Assembly (NCBI GenBank): GCA_023251915.1
Contig: JAHEXW010000002.1
Span: forward strand, 46,529-110,528
Direction: 5' to 3'
From: Actinomycetes bacterium
GTDB lineage: Bacteria; Actinomycetota; JAHEXW01
Length of the DNA stretch: 64,000 nt
A program made the position numbers and the translations under genes. Positions 47,278-55,766 of the stretch are shown in pieces; the stretch's first letter is position 1, and every line of letters starts with the position of its first letter. A model generated the notes under the pieces. That model saw nothing but the letters and a program-made list of their open reading frames with translations. It made no database searches and was not told where the DNA came from.

Positions 47278-48054
47278 TCAAGATTCTAGAGACAAAAGAC
47301 CTGCATAAACAAGATATATTTCCGCCGGAGACAGCGTTTCCGCCCGCGCGCGTTCCTCGGTCCCCGCCGCCGCCAGTGCGCCGCGAATCCGTGCGGGTTC
47401 GTAACCGGCGTGCGCCAGGGCGGAAGCCAGCGTCTTTCTTCTGAGGGAGAAAACGGTCTTAACGAACTCCAAGAAGGCGGGCGTCTCAGGACCGAACGCC
47501 GGTACCGGCAGGCGCTCTAAGACAACGAAAGCCGAATCGACATCGGGGGGCGGCAAGAACGACGTGCGCTTGACTTGACCAGCGGTCGCAGCGATTGCGT
47601 AGCAGGCAATCGTCACCGCCAGCACACCATAGTCCTTTGTGCCGGGGACAGCGACCAACCGTGCTGCGACCTCCTTTTGAATCATGACAGTCATGCGTTT
47701 AATATTGGGGGCGTCGGTTAAGACTTTGACTATGAGAGCGGTGCCAATGTTATAAGGAAGGTTGGCGACCAGGCAATTGACGTCCAAATCGCCATAGTCC
47801 ACGCTCATAGCGTCCGCCTCTATGATTTTGACGTTTTCGGCCGGGGCAAGCGTCTCACGAAGAATCAGCGGGAATCTGGAGTCGAATTCAACCGCGATTA
47901 CCTGTCCGGCTTGCGCCGCTAGCGCTTGAGTAAGAGTACCGATGCCTGGCCCTATCTCAACGACGTTGTCTTTCTTAGTGAGAGCTGCCGCAGTCAGCTC
48001 TTTTTCCAGGACATTCCCATCTACCAGAAAGTGTTGCCCCAGCCGCTTTGTCAA
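47278..48054 (-). CDS. rsmA: 16S rRNA (adenine1518/1519-N6)-dimethyltransferase RsmA/KsgA
   Basis: LGQHFLVD start motif, SAM-binding VVEIGPGIGTLT, and the NLPYNI motif. Confidence 0.9.
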   Translation of the reverse strand: MTKRLGQHFLVDGNVLEKELTAAALTKKDNVVEIGPGIGTLTQALAAQAGQVIAVEFDSRFPLILRETLAPAENVKIIEADAMSVDYGDLDVNCLVANLPYNIGTALIVKVLTDAPNIKRMTVMIQKEVAARLVAVPGTKDYGVLAVTIACYAIAATAGQVKRTSFLPPPDVDSAFVVLERLPVPAFGPETPAFLEFVKTVFSLRRKTLASALAHAGYEPARIRGALAAAGTEERARAETLSPAEIYLVYAGLLSLES

Positions 48055-48180
48055 GCGAATACCGTGCTTGTGGAGAATAGCTTTGGTTTCGGAAGGATTT
48101 ACGATTGGAATAGTGGCATCATCCTTGTAGTTGTGGTGCGAAACCGGGGCCAGGCCTCGGGCCTGGCCCGAAACGCTTTG

Positions 48181-49041
48181 TCACCACTCTATAGCGACCT
48201 GAATTACACCGGCGCTGATGTCCGCGATCCGCGCAAATGCGGTCTCCTCTAAGTCTATTACGCGACCGGCGCCCCAAGGGCCGCGGTCAACGATTTCTAC
48301 CCAAACCTGGGCGCCGTTGGCTAGGTTGGTAACCCGCACCATCGTGCCCAAGGGCAGGGTCCGATGTGCCGCGGTATAGCCGCCGGTAAAATTATAGTAG
48401 CTAGCTTCGCCGCTTTCGCTGTGACCGGTCAACGTACCTCCGGCCGGCGGCGCCGGCTGCGCCGGCTCTTGCGGAGTGTTCTTCGCCGCCTCGTCTGCCG
48501 CCTGCGCGCCAGAGAGCGCTTCTTCTTTTTGCTTCAGCTGATTAATGATGTCTTGGCGCGCTCCGCCGACATCGGTCAACTGTGCTTGACGGCCGCTCTT
48601 CTCTTGCTCTAGTTGAGCGACCAATTTGTTAAGGTCGGCTTGGTGAGAGGCTTCTTCCTGCATCAGCCTGATGTCTCCATCGGCCAGACGCGTCAGCAAG
48701 GCTAGCCGTTGGGTCAGATCGTTTAAGTCACGGCTGCCCAAAATGAGTTCAAACATGCTGACGGCGCCGTATTTGTAGATGGCCCGGTAGCGGATATCCA
48801 GAGCTTGCGTTGTTTTGACGTATTCGGCGTTCAAAGCGGCGATTTTCGCTTCAACAGCGGCAATCCTGGCATCTGTATTGTCGACCGCCGCCACGAGATC
48901 CTGATATTGGGCCGTAGCCGCGTCCAGCTGAGCGTTCACGTTGTTCAGCTCGGCCCGGGCTTCCGACTCGGTCACGGCAGAGGCGAACGTCGCGGATAAG
49001 AGAGCCATGGAAATGAGGGCAAATGAGGATATAAACAGCAC
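48181..49041 (-). CDS. YabE-like secreted coiled-coil protein with a C-terminal 3D / RlpA-like double-psi beta-barrel domain
   Basis: Signal peptide, a long coiled-coil, and the C-terminal [44 protein letters not shown] segment (3D domain). Confidence 0.7.
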   Translation of the reverse strand: MLFISSFALISMALLSATFASAVTESEARAELNNVNAQLDAATAQYQDLVAAVDNTDARIAAVEAKIAALNAEYVKTTQALDIRYRAIYKYGAVSMFELILGSRDLNDLTQRLALLTRLADGDIRLMQEEASHQADLNKLVAQLEQEKSGRQAQLTDVGGARQDIINQLKQKEEALSGAQAADEAAKNTPQEPAQPAPPAGGTLTGHSESGEASYYNFTGGYTAAHRTLPLGTMVRVTNLANGAQVWVEIVDRGPWGAGRVIDLEETAFARIADISAGVIQVAIEW

Positions 49042-49122
49042 AGATAGAGTTTTTCTTCGGATACCAGATCCCTCCTTGGATGAGGGACTAATTTTACGCT
49101 TTTACGGCGCTAGCCGCAACTT

Positions 49123-50625
49123 TCAGAGGCGCGGGAAGAGGCTTTCTCCCTTTGTGACCTTGGCTTTATCTCTGGTTTGTCCCCACACCGCCGGACCTGT
49201 CGCGGCAATGCCGAGCATCGCTCGCGTCTTGGCGGCGGTCTCCGGCAAGAAGGGATCGATTAGCGCAGAGATATGATGAACGGCTTCGACACAGTTATAT
49301 AAGACAACAGCCAACCGTTTGGTTTCCCCGGCCTTATCCAGGGCCCATGGCGCGGTCGCGTCGACATAACGATTGGCTTCGCTCACCGCTTGCCACACCG
49401 CGGCCAGCGCATCGTTGAAGGCGACACGTTCCAACGCTGTATCCCGCGACCTATAGGCGTTCAGGACGGTATCGCGCAGACTGCGGTCGATCTCTTCGTC
49501 AGCCGCAGCCGCCGCAACGACGCCATTCTGGTACTTCTCGACCATCGCTAAGACCCGGCTGACCAGATTGCCCAGGTCGTTGGCTAGGTCTTTGTTATAG
49601 CGCTCATTTAGACGCGAGACGGAAAAATCGCCGTCCTGGCCGAAGCCGAATTCGCGCAGAATGAAATAACGAATACCGTCGGCAGTATAAGTCATCGCCA
49701 GCGCGGCCGGGTCTATCGCGTTGCCCAAACTTTTGCTCATCTTGTGTCCGTCGACGGTAAAGAAGCCGTGGATAACAAGCCGTTTCGGCAGTGGCAGTTC
49801 CAGCGCCAGAAGCATGGCGGGCCAGATGGTGGCGTGGACGCGCAGGATATCCTTTGCCATTAGCTCGACGTCCGCCGGCCAGAACCGGTTAAACATGGCC
49901 ATATCCGCCGGCCAGCCGACACCGCTCACGTAGTTGAACAGCGCGTCAACCCACACGTAGGCAGTATGCGACGGGTCGAACGGCAACGGTATGCCCCATT
50001 CAACCTTGCTGCGCGACATCGCCAGATCAGTCAGACCCTCAAGCCTTAAAAAACTCGTGATCTCGTTCTTGCGCTCTTCGGGCTCGATGGACAGCTCGCC
50101 CGACTCGATAGCGGCCAGAATCCGGTCGTTGAATTCGCTCAACTTGAAAAAGTAAGTTTCTTCACTGACAATTTCCGGCTCTTTGTTGTGCAGAGGACAC
50201 TTTCCGTCCACCAACTCGTCGCGCGAGTAGTAGCGTTCGCAACCGACGCAATAGAGGCCCGTGTATTCGCCCTTGTAGATATAGCCGCGATCATTGAGTT
50301 CGGTGAGCATCTTGGTGACCGCAGAGACATGGGCCGGATCCGTTGTACGGATAAATTTGTCGTTGGAGATGTTAAGTAGTCGCCAGACGTCCCGGAACCG
50401 ACCGGACACATCGTCACAGAACTCCTGCGGCGACTTGCCGGCTTTGGCCGCGGACTCCGCCACTTTGGCTCCGTGCTCGTCCGTCCCGGTAAGGAAAAAG
50501 ACATCGTCTCCTTGCGCTCGATGAAGGCGCGCCAGCACGTCCGCCGCTATTGTCGTATAGCTATGCCCGATGTGCGGCACGTCGTTAACGTAATAAATGG
50601 GAGTCGTAACGTAGAACTTGGCCAC
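49123..50625 (-). CDS. metG: Methionine--tRNA ligase (class I, short form)
   Basis: HIGHSYT and KMSKS motifs, plus zinc-knuckle cysteines (CVGCERYY...CPLH). Confidence 0.93.
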   Translation of the reverse strand: MAKFYVTTPIYYVNDVPHIGHSYTTIAADVLARLHRAQGDDVFFLTGTDEHGAKVAESAAKAGKSPQEFCDDVSGRFRDVWRLLNISNDKFIRTTDPAHVSAVTKMLTELNDRGYIYKGEYTGLYCVGCERYYSRDELVDGKCPLHNKEPEIVSEETYFFKLSEFNDRILAAIESGELSIEPEERKNEITSFLRLEGLTDLAMSRSKVEWGIPLPFDPSHTAYVWVDALFNYVSGVGWPADMAMFNRFWPADVELMAKDILRVHATIWPAMLLALELPLPKRLVIHGFFTVDGHKMSKSLGNAIDPAALAMTYTADGIRYFILREFGFGQDGDFSVSRLNERYNKDLANDLGNLVSRVLAMVEKYQNGVVAAAAADEEIDRSLRDTVLNAYRSRDTALERVAFNDALAAVWQAVSEANRYVDATAPWALDKAGETKRLAVVLYNCVEAVHHISALIDPFLPETAAKTRAMLGIAATGPAVWGQTRDKAKVTKGESLFPRL

Positions 50626-50747
50626 GGCGCGTCCTTTGCTGAGTTGAGCTGGAAATCTTTACCAGGTGCCTGGTCATCTTGACTTTGATTCGCTATTAAC
50701 CGTATACTCTGCCTAAATAAGTGTCAACCCCGCGAAAGGGTACGCCA

Positions 50748-50993
50748 GTGAAATCGACAGGGATTGTTCGCAAACTTGACGACCTTGGCCGTATCGTTAT
50801 CCCGATGGAGATTCGCCGCGTCTTCGGCATCACTCCCGACGACAACCTGGAGATATTCGTCGAAGAAGACAAGATAATCCTGCAGAAAGTCGAACCCAAA
50901 TGCATCTTCTGTAAAACCGAGGACGACCTCACCGAATACAAAGGCAAGAAGATCTGCCACCCCTGCAAGGACGAGCTCAGCCAAGAAGGTTAG
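50748..50993 (+). CDS. abrB: AbrB/SpoVT-type swapped-hairpin transcriptional regulator with a C-terminal CxxC...CxxC zinc ribbon
   Basis: VKSTGIVRKLDDLGRIVIPMEIRRVFGI is nearly identical to the AbrB N-domain consensus. The C-terminus CIFCKTEDDLTEYKGKKICHPCKDE replaces the usual AbrB multimerisation domain. GTG start with a GAAAGGG Shine-Dalgarno. Divergent from metG. Confidence 0.75.
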   Translation: MKSTGIVRKLDDLGRIVIPMEIRRVFGITPDDNLEIFVEEDKIILQKVEPKCIFCKTEDDLTEYKGKKICHPCKDELSQEG

Positions 50994-51065
50994 CCGTTTC
51001 CGCTTTAGCGCGTTACCGCGGTAAAGCGCTAAAGCGTTCGCTGCCTAAAGCCGGCACCCGGACAC

Positions 51066-51764
51066 CTATCGGTTGGACTTGCGGGTTTTGCCGCCGACGA
51101 CGAGGACGATTTCACCCTTGACGTTCTTGTCGCCAAACTTGGCCAGGATTTCGGCGGCGGTGCCACGGATTGTCTCCTCGAACATCTTGGTCAGCTCCCG
51201 GGCGAGCGCCACGGGACGGTCACCAAGGACTAAGTCGATGTCAGCCAGCGTTTGTTTGACGCGGTGCGGCGATTCGTACATTACCAGCGTGCCGCGCTCG
51301 TCCGCGACGTCCTCCAGCCACTTGCGCCTTCCCACCGTTTTCGGCGGCGGGAAGCCAATAAACAGGAACCGGTCGGTGGGCAACCCGGAGGCGACCAAGG
51401 CGGTAATCGACGCCGTTGGGCCCGGAACTACCTCGACATTCACACCGGCATCCAGACAAGCTTTGATCAAGCGGTAACCGGGATCTGAGATGCCGGGTGT
51501 GCCGGCGTCGGACACCTGGGCGACCGTCCGCCCCGACTCGATCTTACCGATCAATTCGGGAATGCGGCCGCGTTCGTTTTGCTCATACAAGCTTATCAGG
51601 GGGGTTTTTATCTCATAACGGTTGAGTAGTTTGCGCGTCACGCGAGTGTCTTCGGCGGCAATCAAGTCAGCTTCCTGCAGTATACGTACGGCGCGGAAGG
51701 TGATGTCTTCCAGGTTGCCGATTGGTGTCGCGATAACGGCCAGCCGGCCGGGCGCTGTGGTCAT
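51066..51764 (-). CDS. rsmI: 16S rRNA (cytidine1402-2'-O)-methyltransferase RsmI (tetrapyrrole methylase family, YabC-like)
   Basis: LAVIATPIGNLEDITFRAVRILQEADLIAAEDTR is an RsmI N-terminus. Adjacent to abrB, as yabC is in Bacillus. Confidence 0.85.
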   Translation of the reverse strand: MTTAPGRLAVIATPIGNLEDITFRAVRILQEADLIAAEDTRVTRKLLNRYEIKTPLISLYEQNERGRIPELIGKIESGRTVAQVSDAGTPGISDPGYRLIKACLDAGVNVEVVPGPTASITALVASGLPTDRFLFIGFPPPKTVGRRKWLEDVADERGTLVMYESPHRVKQTLADIDLVLGDRPVALARELTKMFEETIRGTAAEILAKFGDKNVKGEIVLVVGGKTRKSNR

Positions 51765-51767
51765 AAG

Positions 51768-52634
51768 TTAGCGGTTCAAGCCGACTTGGACGGCGGCAAT
51801 CTCGTTGTAGAAGGTCGTCACGTCATGGGCCCAAGAAACGTGATTGGGCGGACAGTATATCGGTGCGATCACATTGACGTCGGTGCGGCCTTTGGAAATA
51901 TACTCCTCGTCGAGCATCCGGGTGTAGTTGAAGATGGCGTTTTCCCAGTCGGTGAAGCTTACCTCGCCCCAGCCCCACGCGTTATATGGCAGGAAACAAT
52001 GTTTGCCCCAGGAGCTTTCCTTGCCGGCTATTGCGACAACAAGGAAGGGGTCGACGCCAAAAGTCTTGCCGGCGCTGACAAAGGCGCGTCCATAACCGAC
52101 AAGCGGAGACCCTTGCTCGGTCAGGTAGACATCGATGGCACGGGCCAACGATTGATCGCCGACTAAGAGAATATTGGCTGAAGCCATTGCAAGTGGCGGC
52201 GTTTTGGCTGCTGCTGCGGCCGCGCGGGCCAGAGCCTCGGCCTCGGCGGCTTGCCGGGCCGCCTCTTTGGCCAGAGCCTCGCGCCGTGCCATCTCGGCAC
52301 GTTGCTGCTGGGACAGTTCGCGGATATGACTTATCCACAATTGCTCTTGCTCGGCGATTGCCTCGTCCTCAGCTTGGGCCTGCTGGTCGGAATAGTCTTC
52401 GGTGGCCGCGGTGCCAATGCTTTGATAGGCTAGCTTGGGCGGCGTTGCCGGACCCGGCGCGGTGGCCCGGAACACGATCCCGGTTATCGCCAGCGCGATC
52501 ACTGCTGTCAAAACGCCGGTTCCAGCGATAATGTGCCAGGAACGGATAACGGCCGGCGGCCGATGATGCTTGCCGGTTGCGGCGGTTTTCCCAGGCTTCT
52601 TAAGTTGTCGGCCGGAAAATGTTACGTCTGACAT
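51768..52634 (-). CDS. Membrane-anchored protein with a C-terminal glucosaminidase-like (FlgJ/LytD-type) domain
   Basis: One transmembrane helix, a Gln/Ala/Glu-rich coiled region, and a C-terminal LVVAIAGKESSWGKH...NAWGWGE motif that resembles mannosyl-glycoprotein endo-beta-N-acetylglucosaminidase. Confidence 0.5.
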   Translation of the reverse strand: MSDVTFSGRQLKKPGKTAATGKHHRPPAVIRSWHIIAGTGVLTAVIALAITGIVFRATAPGPATPPKLAYQSIGTAATEDYSDQQAQAEDEAIAEQEQLWISHIRELSQQQRAEMARREALAKEAARQAAEAEALARAAAAAAKTPPLAMASANILLVGDQSLARAIDVYLTEQGSPLVGYGRAFVSAGKTFGVDPFLVVAIAGKESSWGKHCFLPYNAWGWGEVSFTDWENAIFNYTRMLDEEYISKGRTDVNVIAPIYCPPNHVSWAHDVTTFYNEIAAVQVGLNR

Positions 52635-52697
52635 CTTGTGACCTCTACATATCCCCTTAGTTGCGGGGGCTCTATCGTTATCGGCTTACGCAAGTGC

Positions 52698-53807
52698 TCA
52701 CTTTAATCCCCCGGCGTCGTCCAACCGCACCAGCTCGTAGTCTCGTCCGCCTAAACCTATTTCTTCTCCGTAAGCCAGCTGCACTTCCCAATCGACGTGT
52801 TTGTGCACGCCGCGGAAGACATCACGACCGGCTGCCTGGTTGACCAGGTCGACACAGGCCTGATCCAAAGCGACAGGGTCGGTTGAGGCCGCAATGCCGA
52901 TGTCGGGGAGCAATGCCTCGGCGGAGTAACCCCAGCAGTCGCAATCGGGGGTGATGTTCATGATAAAGCTGATAAATCCGACCTTCCCGGACTTGTCTTT
53001 AATCGCGCCCAACGCGTATTCGGCAATCTTCTCCTGCAGCGCGCCCGAGTCGCGTCCCCAGTCAATCGCGATCGCTTGTTCCGGGCAGGTGACGATGCAC
53101 TCGCCGCAGCCCTGGCATTTCTTCAGGTCTATTTCGGCCCGCTCTCCGACAACCTTAATCGCGTGGGTGGCGCACCAGCGACTGCATTTACCGCAAGCGA
53201 CGCACTTAGCCACGTCGACGCGCGGTTTAACGTCCGCGTGCATCTGCTGCTTGCCGCTGCGGCAGCCCAACCCCATGCCGATATTCTTGATGGCGCCGCC
53301 GAAGCCGGTCATTTCGTGTCCCTTGAAATGCGTCAAGGCAATCATCGCGTCAGCGTGAACGGCCGCACTGGCTACCCGCACCTTCTTGAAATGCTTCTGA
53401 GCGATGTCGATTTCCTCAAAATCCTTACCGGTCAAACCGTCGGCGATAATCACTGGGGCTTCGACGGTGGCGTAGGAGAATCCGTTCTGAACAGCGGTGG
53501 CCATGTGGCTGACGGCGTTACTCCGGCCGCCTACATATAAGGTATTTGCATCTGTCAGAAACGGACGGCCTCCCGCCGCCTTCACTTTCTCGACGACGCG
53601 GCGCGCGTAGATGGGAGGAATGAACGCGGTGTTGCCGCGCTCACCGAAATGAATCTTCAGAGCCACCAAATCGCGTTCCTTAATCAAACCGGCCAAGTTC
53701 GCCTGTTGAAACAATGTTTCCGTTTTATGCAGCAACCCGGCTCCCGGCGCCGCGTGCGTTGTTGTGAAATAAACTTTCGCACCCATAACGACCTCCGTCA
53801 TCGACAT
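52698..53807 (-). CDS. DUF362 domain protein fused to a 2x[4Fe-4S] ferredoxin domain
   Basis: Two CxxCxxCxxxCP motifs (CVACGKCSRWCATHA, CQGCGECIVTCPEQA) embedded in a DUF362-like scaffold. Confidence 0.65.
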   Translation of the reverse strand: MSMTEVVMGAKVYFTTTHAAPGAGLLHKTETLFQQANLAGLIKERDLVALKIHFGERGNTAFIPPIYARRVVEKVKAAGGRPFLTDANTLYVGGRSNAVSHMATAVQNGFSYATVEAPVIIADGLTGKDFEEIDIAQKHFKKVRVASAAVHADAMIALTHFKGHEMTGFGGAIKNIGMGLGCRSGKQQMHADVKPRVDVAKCVACGKCSRWCATHAIKVVGERAEIDLKKCQGCGECIVTCPEQAIAIDWGRDSGALQEKIAEYALGAIKDKSGKVGFISFIMNITPDCDCWGYSAEALLPDIGIAASTDPVALDQACVDLVNQAAGRDVFRGVHKHVDWEVQLAYGEEIGLGGRDYELVRLDDAGGLK

Positions 53808-53928
53808 CTGTCTTACTCCGGCCTACCGGCCGGGTAACGAATAGCATAAATCAACGACAAAAATAAAACCACAGGTGGCGACCACTTCCGTGCTTTCCAG
53901 TGCGGAAGTGCTTCTGGCGAGGGTTTTC

Positions 53929-54870
53929 TTACTTAAGGCAGAGTGACGCGGCGCCGAGCAGGCCGGCGTCGCCGCCCAAAGCCGCGGCCACGATTGACGC
54001 GTCCCGGTTGGGGGCAAGCGCCGTGTCTCGCACGACGCGGCGAGCCGTTTCCAGGATTATTTTGTCGCCGGTCATGACGCCGCCGCCCAAGATGATGACG
54101 GCTGGGTTAAGTAGGTTGGCGATGTTGGCCGCTCCGACGCCGATGATTTCGGCCACTGCCTCAAGAATACCTTGCGCCAATGGGTCGCCGGCCGCCGCTG
54201 CCCTGCCGACCGTCTCGGCCGTGATGGCGGCGATATCTTCGCCGGCAATTTCCAGTATGGCGGTGTCTGTGGTTTTTTTGACGGCGGCGCGCGCTCGCGC
54301 CGCAATCGCGGGTCCGGCTGCCATAGCCTCCAGACAGCCGTGCCGCCCGCACGCGCATAACGGTCCAGCGGGGTCGATCACCATATGTCCTATTTCGCCT
54401 GCTCCGCCGGCGGTACCGCGATACGGCCGTCCGTCAACTACTATTCCTCCCCCGATACCAGTCCCGATCGCGAGCATCACGACGTCGCCGGCACCGCGGC
54501 CGGCGCCGAATCTTGCCTCTCCCAGAGCCGCCGCCAAGGCGTCATTCTCGATGATGACAGGCCGGCCAAAGGCGGCGCTCAAACGATCTCGCAGAGGCGT
54601 ATCGGCAAACGGGAGGTTGGGGGACGTGACGACGGTTCCGGATATTGAATCGACTGTCCCCGCGACAGCGACCGCGATGCCATCCAGCGCCGCTAGGCCC
54701 GGACAGTCTTCCGTCGCTATGGCGGTTATTAAACGGATAACACTATCAATCAATGCGTCGGCCGAAGATTGCAGCGTGGATTGGCTTACACGGGAGAGAA
54801 TACGACCGGTTTCATCAATAAGGGCCGCGCGCGTATTCGTGCCGCCCAGGTCACAGGCGGCGAATATCAT
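53929..54870 (-). CDS. glcK: ROK family glucokinase
   Basis: N-terminal DLGGTNTRAAL, an LGIGTGIGGGIV-type region, and the zinc motif CACGRHGCLEA. Confidence 0.85.
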   Translation of the reverse strand: MIFAACDLGGTNTRAALIDETGRILSRVSQSTLQSSADALIDSVIRLITAIATEDCPGLAALDGIAVAVAGTVDSISGTVVTSPNLPFADTPLRDRLSAAFGRPVIIENDALAAALGEARFGAGRGAGDVVMLAIGTGIGGGIVVDGRPYRGTAGGAGEIGHMVIDPAGPLCACGRHGCLEAMAAGPAIAARARAAVKKTTDTAILEIAGEDIAAITAETVGRAAAAGDPLAQGILEAVAEIIGVGAANIANLLNPAVIILGGGVMTGDKIILETARRVVRDTALAPNRDASIVAAALGGDAGLLGAASLCLK

Positions 54871-55706
54871 GGTCTGTCGTAAACGATAACCTTGTTGCGG
54901 CCGGTCTCTTTGGCTTCATTGAGCGCCTTGTCGGCGCAGTCGATGAGCTCAAGTTCATTATCGCAGGCGTTGGGGAACACCGCGACTCCGACACTCACCG
55001 TCATCTTCACCACCGGCTCGTCTTTGTCGCCCTCAAACCCGGTAGTCTCAACGGCCGCTCGAACCCTTTCCGCAACAGTTGTGGCTTCGTCCTCGGTATT
55101 CGGGAGAATAACCGCAAATTCCTCGCCCCCATAACGGGACACGATATCGACGTCGCGGACGTGCTCTTCCATGATTCCAGCCAGTCTCTTCAGTAGGAGA
55201 TTGCCGGATGCGTGCCCGAAGCGGTCATTGAAGCCCTTAAAACCGTCGACGTCGACCATCATGAGAGCCAACCGGCTGCCGAAGCGATCGGCTCGCTTGC
55301 GCTCTTCCTCCAAACGCTCGGCAAAGTAGCCGTAGTTGTGCAATCCCGTGAGGCGATCCAACATCGTTCCGTCGCTCAATTCGGCCACGCGTTTTTTTTG
55401 GGTTCGAAACATCCAACCGAAGAGGATGCCGGTCGCAATCATAGTACCGCTGGCGACGCTGAATTCAATCGAGGCGGCGCCGCGTGTCTCACCGGTGGCG
55501 CTCAAGAGATACAAAGACGCCAAGAGGGACAGGCTGGCCAGAACGCCGATACCGCCACCGCCAACCTCGCCATAGAATAAGGATGCCAAAAAGAGGGGGA
55601 CAAAATACAGCGGCCAGAACAGGTTCGGTCCGCGGGAGAAGACAATCACCAGTGTGATTACGGCGAATATGAGGGAAATGATAATGAGATTCTTATACCG
55701 TTCCAT
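54867..55706 (-). CDS. Membrane-anchored GGDEF domain diguanylate cyclase
   Basis: Three to four N-terminal transmembrane helices, then a GGDEF domain with RYGGEEF and an RxxD I-site-like motif. Confidence 0.85.
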   Translation of the reverse strand: MERYKNLIIISLIFAVITLVIVFSRGPNLFWPLYFVPLFLASLFYGEVGGGGIGVLASLSLLASLYLLSATGETRGAASIEFSVASGTMIATGILFGWMFRTQKKRVAELSDGTMLDRLTGLHNYGYFAERLEEERKRADRFGSRLALMMVDVDGFKGFNDRFGHASGNLLLKRLAGIMEEHVRDVDIVSRYGGEEFAVILPNTEDEATTVAERVRAAVETTGFEGDKDEPVVKMTVSVGVAVFPNACDNELELIDCADKALNEAKETGRNKVIVYDRP

Positions 55707-55766
55707 AGCAGCTCATATCCCCCTTTGTAAGTTGCAGATGTTGCTGTGAGCAACTGAAGTCTATCA

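Noticed and set aside
50626-50747. T-box leader upstream of metG
   Set aside because: The intergenic region is only about 120 nt and is shared with the divergent abrB promoter. That is too short for a T-box of 250-300 nt, and no TGGNACCGCG-like T-box sequence was seen.
53900-54889. 329-aa plus-strand ORF
   Set aside because: Antisense to the ROK glucokinase. Ala/Pro/Ser low complexity.
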